The notes: generated from the letters alone by a model not told the origin. 64,000 nt of DNA from Aplysia californica (GCF_000002075.1 NW_004797388.1:470774-534773), one strand, 5' to 3'; shown: positions 52,824-64,000, counted from the first letter of the stretch. Numbers and translations: made by a program.

Positions 52824-54420
52824 TTCACCTTCACCTTCACCTATCCCGTAGACTGGATGTCCGTAGGGACGCTTTTGAAGATTTGGCCACCAGCTTCCTC
52901 CACTCCTTCCGGTCTTTCCTGAGCGTGTCTTTGAGGTCCAGGGCTGTCCATTCCTTGATGTTGTCCTCCCAACACTGCTTCGGTCTGCCTCCGCTTCCTT
53001 TTCCCTGGACGCTGCCTTGCAGGATTATCTTGGCAAAATCCGGATGAACGGTTGATGTGTCCATACCAGTGCAGTTTGCGGTTCCTGACCACAATTAGAA
53101 TTCAGCATATGGTCCAATCGCATTTCTTATCCGTTGTTTGACTTCATCAACGAGATACCAAGGATTTTTCGGAAGTATCTCATCTCAACCACTTTGATCC
53201 TTCTTTCAAGGTCTGCATTCAAGGTCCAGGAATCACATGCATACACAAATATTGACTTGACCCGGGAACGCATCAGTCCGATCTTTGATCTGATGGTGAT
53301 ATTTCTCTCGTTCCTGGTGGTTTTCAACTCGGTTATTGCTGCTGAAGTTTGCGCTATTCTGGATAGTATTTCTGATTTTGATCCTTCGTCTGCCACTACT
53401 GCACCCAGGTATTTGAAGCTGCGTATGGCCTCAGGCCTCTGGTTGTTGACCTGGATGTCCATTGTGATGTTCTTGCTGCTGTTAGACATCAGTTTGGTCT
53501 TCTCAGCGCGATTTCCATGCTGTAGACCTTGGAGGTCTTTTCAAGACGGTCTACTAAGCTGACTAGTTCTTTCTCTATTCCGGGAAGGCCGTCTATGTCG
53601 TCTGCAAAACGGAAGTTAGTAATCGTTCTGCCCTCAATACTGACTGTTCTTTCGTGATCTTCAAGTGCATCTGTCACGCTCCTCTTTGTAACAGTACTTG
53701 GACGATAATATAGTGGTGTAACTATGTTGTGTGCTCGACAAGGGAAACTACTCTCCTGTTCATGCTGGACTAACGCTCTAAAATAAACGAACTCGGTATG
53801 GGTTGTACTGGGCTACGGATCAACATGGTGTGTTGGTTCTGTATCTTGTGTTAATTATATTTAAGATACATGTGGTCAGTCTAGGTTGATACCGACCATC
53901 CACACCTTTACACTCTCCAAGAAAATATTGAAAAGAGAGGATCAGAGCAGACAACCCTGGAGTACTCCCACTGTTGTTCGAAACCATTCCCCAATGCTGT
54001 TGTTGAAAAAGACTGCGCTTGTAGCTTTGTTGCATAGCTTTTCTATGATTTTGATAAGATTGGCGTTGATGTTATATAAGTTCATGGTTGTCCACAAAGC
54101 TTCCAGACATAGTCTGTCAAAAGCTTTATTGAAGTCCACAAATACGTGGCACAGCTCCTGTTGGTGTTGGAGGTACCTTTCCTTGATGATTCTCAGGTTG
54201 AATATTTGTTTAGTTGTGCTGCGCCCTGTCCTGAAGCCTGCCTGTTCTTCTGCTATGATTTTCTCTGCTTGTGGCTTCACTCTGTTGAGAATGACATTAC
54301 GCATTACTTTACCAGGATGGCCAATCAGGCAAATAGATTTCAAATCTGGAGGAGAGGTATCAAGACCAATGGGACACCACCACATTGAAGCATTTAAAGA
54401 GACTGTTCAAACAAAACGCA
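52824..54420 (-). mobile_element. RTE-clade LINE (reverse transcriptase pseudogene)
   Basis: EEQAGFRTGRST, FVDFNKAFD, GVLQGCLL, NFRFADDI, FKYLGAV, KLHWYGHI and GGRPKQCWEDNI motifs, with a (GAAGGT)n tail. Interrupted at about 53678-53908. Confidence 0.92.
53687..53825 (+). mobile_element. Possible short LTR inserted into the RTE
   Basis: TGTAACAG...GATCAACA with AATAAA at 53782, immediately followed by TGG (PBS-like). It lies within the interruption of the RT frame. Confidence 0.35.
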
Positions 54421-56609
54421 CTCCACACAATTCCGCAAAAGAACGTTTCTGTCATGAATATGTTGCCTCCACTTAAATACTATTTCTTAATTTTGGATTG
54501 GCAAGATTATTTTGAATGAACAAAAAAAGAAAAGAAAAAGAAACCAAGAAAAAAACCCAGCCTTGATGTCTAACACATATTGTTTTTATTCCGTAGCTCA
54601 GAATAAGGTTGGCATTTGTTATTACTATTATAGCTATTTCAATATTGTATACTGCAAAAACAGTGGTTATGCCAGAGAAGAAAAAGCGTGACGTCATAGA
54701 GCGAAACTGGTGCCATTTTGGTTTCATCGGCCCCGAATTACCATCAAGCAAGTCTCAAACCACATACTGCAGAAAAAAAACGTAAAATGGTGTTGCCCAA
54801 GCCTGATATTTGGCGACCTTTCGGGTTTTAGCTCTGGACACTTAGATGGGCCAGAAGAAGTGCATAAACACTTTCCAACCCATATCATGATTTTTTTAAT
54901 TAAAAAAACTGACATCTCTCTTTTCCGTTGTACCCTTCATCTGTACAACGCTTATCCCCTCTCAACAGAAAGCACTATGCGCTTTCAAATCTATATTATT
55001 ACCCCAGCAGACCCCAGAAGCCACAAATAAGTTATAGTTCATTACAAAAAGTACCCTTTTCTACGACAGGAACATTTCATTTTCTTTTTCCAATCACAAG
55101 AGACTAATCGTGAACATTTCGGCTTTAACANNNNNNNNNNNNNNNNNNNNNNNNNNNNNNNNNNNNNNNNNNNNNNNNNNNNNNNNNNNNNNNNNNNNNN
55201 NNNNNNNNNNNNNNNNNNNNNNNNNNNNNNNNNNNNNNNNNNNNNNNNNNNNNNNNNNNNNNNNNNNNNNNNNNNNNNNNNNNNNNNNNNNNNNNNNNNN
55301 NNNNNNNNNNNNNNNNNNNNNNNNNNTATTATTTCATTCTGCGCTTTTCCATTTTCTTTTTAATAAATGCCCAATGTGCACTACATGTACTTTTTTATAA
55401 CAGTATCACACATCAGACAGAGAGANNNNNNNNNNNNNNNNNNNNNNNNNNNNNNNNNNNNNNNNNNNNNNNNNNNNNNNNNNNNNNNNNNNNNNNNNNN
55501 NNNNNNNNNNNNNNNNNNNNNNNNNNNNNNNNNNNNNNNNNNNNNNNNNNNNNNNNNNNNNNNNNNNNNNNTAGTGAGACAGAGAGATGGAGAGAAAAAG
55601 AGATGGAGAGACAGAGAGAAAAAGAAGTAAAAAGACGCTCTGAAAAAGACAGAGAAAACGAAAGGACCGAGAAATAGAGAGAGAGAGAGAGAAAGAGGGG
55701 AGGGAGATACAGAGATACAGAGAGAAAGAAAGATTAAGAAAACGGGACGTTTGCGGCAAAAGAAACCAACCAACAACCAACAACAAACAAACTAGTCGCT
55801 TATCTCATCATGAAATGATGTGACATCTCCAAACAAAAATTAATGGCTCATGTATAAGATTGTGCAACATCATTGTAAAATCAGGCGCACGTCAAAATGA
55901 TGAACACAAAGAAACCGACATTTTACCGCCCTTAGGCAGTTTCCTACGATTTCTTAAATATATTTAATACTATTTTTTGTTATTTGTTTGTTGCTGTTTA
56001 GTAGTGTTTTTGTGGGGCTTTTTTTGTTTTGTTGTTGTTGGGGGGTTTGGGGGCTTTTTTTTCTTAATCCTTGAATATTCATTAAAAACGTATTTTAATT
56101 CTGTGTTGATTTTATTTCTTAAAAACGTTGATAAAAAGGGGAAAAAAAGTAAATTAGCAGTTTCCAAGAACGCCCTTGCTTTGGGAGTCATCAAGCGTTG
56201 GCAACTTTAAGCTTGCTAACTTTACTCATGAAACCAAGTGCCCTCCCCCTCCCCTCCCAAAAAGACCCCTCCTTCAATCGCTGATATCTCAACCTCTTTC
56301 TCCTTACGTCAAAAGCAAGGTAAACGAACAGGTTGTAAGAGTGTTCGAATAACTCCATCATCTGCCCACAATTTGACGAGCACCCGATTCCTCCGCGTCG
56401 AGACACAAACCTATCAAGCAAAGGCGAACACGAACGTGTTACATCGAGGAGCAAAAATCCACAAAGGTACATCCGCTTTCGACCTAGACCTGAAGCGATA
56501 ATCATTTTCCAGACCGAAGAATACATATCAACGATTAGCTTGACGTTCTCACGTGATATTCCATAAGACCCTTGAACAAAAATGAACTTAACTTTTCAAT
56601 AGTTATCAA

Positions 56610-57030
56610 GAGGGGGCTCTCGTGGTCTAGAGTACGTGTTGACTCTCATTCTCATTCAATAGGTTCCGTGTTCAAAATCTGACATCGGCAGAAAATATTT
56701 TTCTTCTAAATTTTCTCCTTTTCTCCTTTTCGTGCTCTTGAGCCATGTTCTGTCGTCTGCTTTCGTCCCCACTTTCTGCCCCCCCCCCTCTTTCTACTTC
56801 TACTCCTTGGCTCCTTTTAGCCTCACCACTGATCTTAAGGTAGGTATGGTCGAACACCTAACCTTCTCGGATAAGGGCAAAAAATCTCGGAGATCCCATG
56901 TGCAAGTTGCGCACGTTAATAATCCTTTGGCCGTCCTAAAATCGATAAGAATAAGCTTCGTCCACAACCCGGGAAAAATTTAAATTACATGTAAATCCTA
57001 CTAAACTGATAATGCTTGATGTCTTCCGGG
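56610..57030 (+). mobile_element. tRNA-derived SINE with Deu/Nin-like domain (partial relative at about 33600-33780)
   Basis: tRNA-like head. The core CTCGGAG(A/G)TCCC(A/G)TG.GCAAG.TG.GCACGTTAA..ATCC.T.G...CTAAAATCGATAAGA is shared with 33633-33700. Confidence 0.5.
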
Positions 57031-58259
57031 CGTTCGTAGGACCGTATGCAGTTGCGAGACCCGAAAAATGCTTACAAAAAAGTTATTAACGCGCCTGCAT
57101 CAATAATTGATAGGGTGAATGACTTACAAACAGCTTCAAAATCCGGTCTCTCGGTGCGAGTACGTGTCCAACGCCGGTGGACAGCCTGGGGGAGGTAGAA
57201 TAGGCGATAAAAGCTAGGGGGAAAAAACCCTCAAGAATCAAATAACCGAATACTACCAAATAGAATTGTTGTTCAATTTCTCTTATCGTTTCACCTCTTG
57301 TGTTAAAATGATAATCACTGTATCTACTTACTGACATTCTGACAGCCAATGATTGTCTGATACAAATAAAAGGTCAGTCACATGGCACCCGACAAAAACG
57401 GACACAGACAAAAGTACAAAATTAAACAAAAACAAAACATTATCGACCAACTCACATGTGACGGACTTAACTTTTTTTTTTAGCCCACAACAAGAAATAT
57501 TAGTATGCACATTATGACCCTCCACACTATTGTTATGAAGGCAATGTAAATGAAACATTTGAAATCAATTTCATGAGCTAACGATAATTACCCCCCTCCC
57601 CCAATCCTCCACACAAACCCCAACAAAAATAAACAAATAAATAAATAATAAGTACATGAAATATAATAAATAAATTAAACAACATAAATATAATAGATAA
57701 ACTTAAAGACAAAATTACATAAGTAAATAAATAAATAGATAAACAAATAAATAAATAAATAACAAAAATGATACAAACCTGGACGCCAAGTTTCAAATAT
57801 GAGTGAACAGGCAATAGAGAGTTCTGTAAGGTTAAAGACTTGGGTTTTTTAAGATAATTTAGAGTCGATAGTTGTTGCATATCACGTCAAGTTTTGCTCT
57901 AAATCTATAGATAAGTGGCCTCATTTCAAATCAATACATGCATAATGAAATTCACACTATTTTTTAAACAGCATAGCCCATAGTTTGATTCAAGTTTTAC
58001 CCGACTATAAACAAAAGATCCCACCAGTTTGTCTGTTTCCCAGCTTTATCAGCTGCTTGCACAGTATGCTTCCCAAAGTTTCTNNNNNNNNNNNNNNNNN
58101 NNNNNNNNNNNNNNNNNNNNNNNNNNNNNNNNNNNNNNNNNNNNNNNNNNNNNNNNNNNNNNNNNNNNNNNNNNNNNNNNNNNNNNNNNNNNNNNNNNNN
58201 NNNNNNNNNNNNNNNNNNNNNNNNNNNNNNNNNNNNNNNNNNNNNNNNNNNNNNNNNNN

Positions 58260-58816
58260 CCTCAGATAGTCACCCATCATCGTCTTCCCTGTCCACTCTG
58301 TGATGTTGTTCTCCTATCTCCTTCTCTTCCTTCCACTCTTTCTCTTCCTTGTACGGTTCCTTGTAGGATTGTTTTGGCAATTCCTGTGAACTTTGTGATG
58401 TGCCTATACCATTTTAATTTTCGTTTCTTTACTGTGGTCAGATCTTCATGCTGCTCCACTGTATTTGTGATTCTGTTCCGTACCTCAGCATTTGAAATGT
58501 GTTCTTTGTATGAGATGTCAAGGAGTCTGCGGTAACATTTCATCTCAGTTGTCAGAATCCTTTTCTCCAATTCTGCTGTCAATGTCCACGACTCACAGGC
58601 GTATAAAATATTGAGATGACCGGGTGAGCGCATCAGTCTGATCCTCGAGTTGAGCATGATGTTTCTGTTCTTTCTAATAGCCTTCAGTTTTGACAGCGCA
58701 GCAGCCAACTGCATGGAGATCAGTGCCAAGAAAACAAGCTAATGACCAGTTACACCAATGGCATCAACGCGAACATCAAAGTCAGTGGCGAGAAACTTGA
58801 GACCGTTAACAGCTTC
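58260..58816 (-). mobile_element. RTE LINE 3' fragment with an inverted 5' segment
   Basis: The minus strand at 58260-58700 reads LYACESWTL..EMKCYRRLL..KLKWY. The plus strand at 58713-58816 reads MEISAKKT/LMT..KVSGEKLETVNSF. Confidence 0.8.
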
Positions 58817-59609
58817 TGAGGTCTGTTTGGGTAATAATATAGATTTTAAAGCGCTTAGTGCGTTCTGTTGAGAAGGAAAAAAGCGCTATTATTATAGAAA
58901 TGAAAGGTACAAGAGAAAAATGAGATGTCACTTTTTTGATAAAGTGAGTAATGTTGTGGGTTGGAAAGTATTTATGCGCTTCTTCTGGCCCATCTCAGTG
59001 TCCAGGGCTAAAAACTGAGGAGTCGCCCAACATCAGGCTTGGAATATAAGCTATAGCTTTACTATGGAAAAACGTGGGGTTTCAGGCATTTCATTTTTAT
59101 TTTTTTTATCAAAATGTCAAAAAGTGAGATCCCATGTTTTTCATNNNNNNNNNNNNNNNNNNNNNNNNNNNNNNNNNNNNNNNNNNNNNNNNNNNNNNNN
59201 NNNNNNNNNNNNNNNNNNNNNNNNNNNNNNNNNNNNNNNNNNNNNNNNNNNNNNNNNNNNNNNNNNNNNNNNNNNNNNNNNNNNNNNNNNNNNNNNNNNN
59301 NNNNNNNNNNNNNNNNNNNNNNNNNNNNNNNNNNNNNNNNNNNNNNNNNNNNNNNNNNNNNNNNNNNNNNNNNNNNNNCCTATTATTGTTTTTATTATTA
59401 TTATTACTATCATTATTATTATCTTTTTTATTGTTATTACCAGCAGTGTTTTCACACACGGAGAATGCAACTACTATTGTCCACCTAAGGTTTTTTTTGT
59501 TTTGTTATGTTTTTGGTGTTGTTGTTTTTTGGACACGATCTATCAGTCACATGTGCGTAAGTGCAAAAGATAAACGAAAGTGGCCTGCCTACACCTTGTC
59601 ATTGTCGCC

Positions 59610-59749
59610 TCGTGCCTGCGTGGGTCGTAGGGTGATAATAAACTAAAGACACACATAGTATTTAAATGCTACTCCACAATTCCTCGTCACTTCATTTTGA
59701 ACCAAGCTTTGAGACAGACCAGCAGCAGCACGAGCAGGGCTTCTACACT
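59610..59749 (+). promoter_or_regulatory. Core promoter and non-coding exon 1 of GILT copy 2
   Basis: TGATAA at 59633 and TATTTAAA at 59659-59666, 30 nt before the A of TCACTT (59689). Exon about 59689-59749, then GTGAGT. Confidence 0.7.
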
Positions 59750-61644
59750 GTGAGTATCCTTACCGTAACAAGAAAACTCAAACACGCTGAAACATCTATC
59801 GTCCTCAGATTATTTTCGCCTCCTACTTCTTTAATGTGTATGTTACTCCCTGGGAACACCTCTAATCCCGGGCACTTGTATGGCTTACTTGTGCTGCAGG
59901 TGCTGTAAAACTCCTATGAAAACAAAGATTTAACCTGCACTTATTTCACACGTTTGATCTCCTGTAGTTATTTTTTTTATCTGTTTGTGTTGCAAGTGCA
60001 GTAGAGCTCTTACCAAGATTTTAAAAAACTACGCTTTCACATTGTTCGCACTGTCGGGCTCAGGTTACTAATGACTAGTCTACCAAAGGAGCCGTGTCTC
60101 TGCTGGCCAATATTGTAGCTTTATTATAATGCAACAGGTAGAAAGATCCATATTATTCACTGAAGTTTCGTTAAGAAGATTTTTTACGTCCCCTATTGAT
60201 TTAATTTAGATTTAGAAGACGGGCTTCAACCCTGCCTGTCAGGGTCGATCTAGACCGAGAGGAATACATCATCCAAGCAAGATGACCGAGATACTCGATA
60301 AAAACTCTCTCCAATCGGGAATCAAACTCAGGTCTCTAGCATGCGAAAGTGAAGCGCACAGCCACTATGCCACAGACGCCAGAAGGGCATACGTGAACAG
60401 TAGAGGACGTTCTGAATCTCCTCGAGATGAAGGTTGATGTCGAAGTCGATACGTTAACTCTTTTACATCGCAGCGGACGCATAATAATATTATTGTTTCT
60501 TATCAGCTGAAGACCAAAGGCAATATGCTGCAGCACTGTTGGTACAATCATACACAGAATAACAATACATGAATAAGAACACGAATATGTTTACTTCATT
60601 ACAATGTTCTGCATTTATTGTTGTCTGTCTTTATGAGTTTCAGAAAAAGAACGCAAAATTGAAGCATCTGTATGAATAATTAAGTAATGCTACAATCGTT
60701 TAATCCACCAGAAAAAACAAACAATCAAAACAGAACCCACCACAAAAAAACAAACAAACAAATAAACCAATAACAACAAAACAACCACAATAATCAAAAA
60801 CAAAAACATAACAAAACAGGACATCTTCAAGCGTTGTCGAATAACCACAACGCGTACCTCGATGAGTTGAAAAGGAAACACAACATGTACTTTAAAAAAA
60901 TAAGTTACGAAAACTCTCCTCACCAATCCAGAAGGAGAAAAAAGAAAACTATTGAGAAAACGTTCAAGTGACTCCCGAGTCGAAGTATAGGTATTTTAAC
61001 TTATACTTTATCCTGTCTAACATTGGTTGATTTATTTTTGGGCACTCAACTTAAACTGGTAACCCCCCTCCCCCCCAAAAAAAATTAAATTTAAAAAAAA
61101 TATATATAATATAAATAAAAAGGCAGCCCTTTTTATTGAGTATAAGATTTCGTCTTTTGAGGCTAAATAGCCTAAAAAGTAGGACATGCTATAAAAATAA
61201 TGCTTTGGCGCTTCAATTAGGGTTCAAAACACCAACATAAAAAAGGATAATTGGCTTTTTTTAAATAAAAAAAAGACCTTGTAGCGGGGTTTTTTCCTAT
61301 TCTTTGGGGGAGGGGCGGGGGGTGATAACGTTTATGCCTCTGTTTATGAGTGGCCCCGGTAACATTCAAACATTTTTACCCAAGAAAGATTATAGTAAAT
61401 TCAACTCGACAGCAAAGAAATTGATCCGCCGACACACTCCTCGAGTTTCTGTTGTTACCAGGACATTCTTAAATTTTGTGTTTTCTTCGTTTTTTCCAGT
61501 TTTGTTTGTTTGTTTTTTGTTTTTGTTTTCATCTATAAATTATGTAGTCATTGCCTTGTAATCAATGATTGAACATCTGAAAACGGTCAAGATCAGATTT
61601 TCCACAGAGTTGGATAACACATATATTCTGTTTTATCATTTCAG
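59750..61644 (+). other. Predicted 5'-UTR intron of GILT copy 2
   Basis: GTGAGT donor at 59750. Acceptor TTCTGTTTTATCATTTCAG ends at 61644, 10 nt before the ATG. Confidence 0.7.
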
Positions 61645-61654
61645 TTCCATAAGT

Positions 61655-62344
61655 ATGAAGTACACGATTCTTCTCGCCCTTGTTGCCATGGCAACAGCCG
61701 CGGACGCTGCATCCCTCTGCAAGAATGAGGATACAGCCGTGGCCGACCTGACGGAAGCCGCCATCTTGGAAACTGCGCCACCGGTGAACGTGACCCTGTA
61801 CTACGAATGCCAGTGCGGCGGCTGTCAGCAATTCATTACAGACGTTCTGTCCAAAGCGGTTGACGTGCTCGGAGAGAAGGGCACCTACATGGACTTCAAC
61901 TTTGTTCCTTACGGCAACGCTCAAGAATCTTATGACAAGTCCAAGAAAAGGTGGGTCTTCACTTGTCAGCATGGCCCTGGAGAATGTTGGGGAAACCTAG
62001 TGGAAACTTGCGCGATCCACTACAAGCCAAAGTTCGAGGATCACTACAAGTTCATTCACTGCTTTGAGGAAAACTTTTCCTACCCATCATCTGATTGGAA
62101 ACCGGTTCTGGAGAAGTGCGGAAAACTCCACAATATGCCCGTGGAAGAGATCGGGTCGTGTGTGACCAGTGACATTGGGAACCAACTCGAGCACCAGATG
62201 GCGGAGAGGACCGTAGCCCACCATGTGCAGTGGGTTCCTTGGGTTATCATCAACGGAGTCTTCTACAAGGATGCTGCCGATGACCTCTTGACTGCGGTGT
62301 GCAAAGCTTACACCGGGCCCAAACCCAAGGGGTGTCCACAGTGA
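61655..62344 (+). CDS. IFI30: GILT-like lysosomal thiol reductase, copy 2 (229 aa, CDS in one exon)
   Basis: Same motifs as copy 1 and 210/229 aa identical. The ORF is intact with a signal peptide. Candidate AATAAA at 62726. Confidence 0.95.
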   Translation: MKYTILLALVAMATAADAASLCKNEDTAVADLTEAAILETAPPVNVTLYYECQCGGCQQFITDVLSKAVDVLGEKGTYMDFNFVPYGNAQESYDKSKKRWVFTCQHGPGECWGNLVETCAIHYKPKFEDHYKFIHCFEENFSYPSSDWKPVLEKCGKLHNMPVEEIGSCVTSDIGNQLEHQMAERTVAHHVQWVPWVIINGVFYKDAADDLLTAVCKAYTGPKPKGCPQ

Positions 62345-62359
62345 GCTTTGACTTGTGGT

Positions 62360-62690
62360 TTATGACGTCGTTGGTTTAGTAGTTAGGCTGTTTGACTCGA
62401 AATCGCAAGGTAGTGGGTTTGAGTCCCATCAGCAACCCGACGTTGTGTCCATGGGAAAGACACTGTACACAAAATTTCCTCACTTCACCCAGGTGGGAAT
62501 GGGTACCCGGCTATTGACAGCGAAAGATCATGTCAGTTTGTTAGTGTTAGTGTTTGAGCGCTAAATCAGGAAGCCAACAAATTTTCGGAATAATTTAGGG
62601 TCTGCTGGGGTATTAATAATAATATAGACAGTAAAGCGCATAGACTTTGCCGTTGAGCTTTGGTATGCGCTAGACAAATGTCATTTATTA
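62360..62690 (+). mobile_element. tRNA-derived SINE in the GILT-2 3' UTR (only its head survives in copy 1, about 46220-46280)
   Basis: Collinear with 27137-27490. Core GTTGTGTCCATGGGAAAGACAC..CACCCAGGTGGGAATGGGTACC. Confidence 0.7.
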
Positions 62691-64000
62691 TTAGTTGTAT
62701 AATGAATGTTGATGTTGTTGTTGGAAATAAAATACTGTCAGAACTCAACTACTAAGAAAACACTTGGCCTTGTTAAGATTAAGTAGAACTTCTTTTAATA
62801 TGTTATGAGACTTTACAGAGTGTGTTCTAATTTGAATACAAAGCATCTAACCTATAGTTCATTATTATAAAAATGATTCTATCTGTATGAAATAGGGAAG
62901 ATTTGCCCTTTTTCCAGCAGCACAACGAAAGCTCAATAACTTGTCACGCGCAAAATGTTGTATTTTCTCACATTTCATAAAGTACGAATTAGCACCTCAA
63001 GCGCAAACATGATAGTAGGACCAAGCTAACAAACCACCCCCCAAAAAAACAACAACAACAACAACACCAAATAAATACAAAAAAACCACAAAAAAACTAA
63101 TGACAAGCCACATTTTAAGAGTGCAGAGAAAATGGAATTGCAAAGTTTGAAAGTCCGTATATCATGGTGAGAATGGCATTTCTTTTACCTTAAATAGCAC
63201 TGGACTTCTATAATGCGCTCAAGTCAAATATTTCCTAAACTATCAAACATAGACTCTCCAGCTTTTGCACAATGACTTGTATCAATTTGTCTTAACTGAT
63301 CAATATTTCAAAAAAAGAAACACGTTAGCTTTTTTCTAGAAAATCTCTTAATAAATACTAATAAAACATCCAAGTGGGTGGTTTCTACAAATTTTTAAAA
63401 AGTTTACAGCTGCGACAATATCGCTTGTAAAAACAAGTCCGTCTTTTTTTCTAATCGCGACACTATGCTTATTGAACTCAAATTTTCAGTACAATTTAGT
63501 GCAAACATTTCTCCACTTTAAAATTAATTTTTTGTTAACGTTTTGCCACTAAAAAGTGTCATTGGTGAGCTGAGACGTAGGCCATACGGATAAAATATAC
63601 AAAAATGTGTGTGCGAAGCAGGAAGTGCTGTGAACAATCTCATTTTTAGCTTGACGGAAGATTTGTAGTATTTTATATAAATTTATAAAGAAAAGCTTTT
63701 TTCATCTAGTCTCAATGATTTTGGAACAATATGATTAAGTTAAGACAAATTGATACAAACTGCTCTGCAAAGTATGGGTGACATTGATTCAACATTTGAT
63801 ATATGTGAGGATAAGTTGCGCCCCGTATTTTTGACGCGCTATAGTTGGGTTATCCGTGGGATCAGTTGCAGAGAAGAAATTTCGATTTTTTAAGAAAATG
63901 CAACAAAGAAGATTTTTTTTAAAAATCATTCTCTTCTAAAATTGTGGCTCATCTATTAATTCCACGGAAGTCTTCAATTACTTTTAAAAAGAGAGAACAT

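Noticed and set aside
61565-61654. N-terminal extensions of the GILT ORFs in the track (also 46985-47023)
   Set aside because: They cross the conserved splice acceptor, differ between copies and would bury the signal peptide.

Overview
This is AT-rich animal genomic DNA from a gapped draft assembly. It is probably a mollusc or other lophotrochozoan, which I infer from the SINE types and (TAGATC)n tracts. The only confidently identifiable genes are two head-to-head paralogues of GILT (gamma-interferon-inducible lysosomal thiol reductase, IFI30 family): 46295-46984 (-) and 61655-62344 (+), both 229 aa and 210/229 identical. Each has an intronless CDS, a conserved TATA/Inr promoter, a ~60-nt non-coding first exon and an unusual C-x-C-G-G-C active site. 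Their cores are almost identical, but a C-terminal patch is sharply divergent. A second divergent pair, not evident from the ORF track, consists of two homologous ATG-containing micro-exons at 2251-2353 (-) and 14120-14216 (+) from an unidentified spliced gene family. The rest is mostly decayed transposable elements: piggyBac, CsRn1-type Gypsy, Mutator, Tc1, pogo/Tigger MITEs, PIF/Harbinger, RTE, L2, Rex/Babar and I-group LINEs, and SINEs. There are also micro- and minisatellites, an array of motifs at roughly nucleosome spacing, and TA-NNNN-TA palindromes that look like insertions at TA sites. No rRNA, intact tRNA or CRISPR array was seen. All alignments were done by eye.
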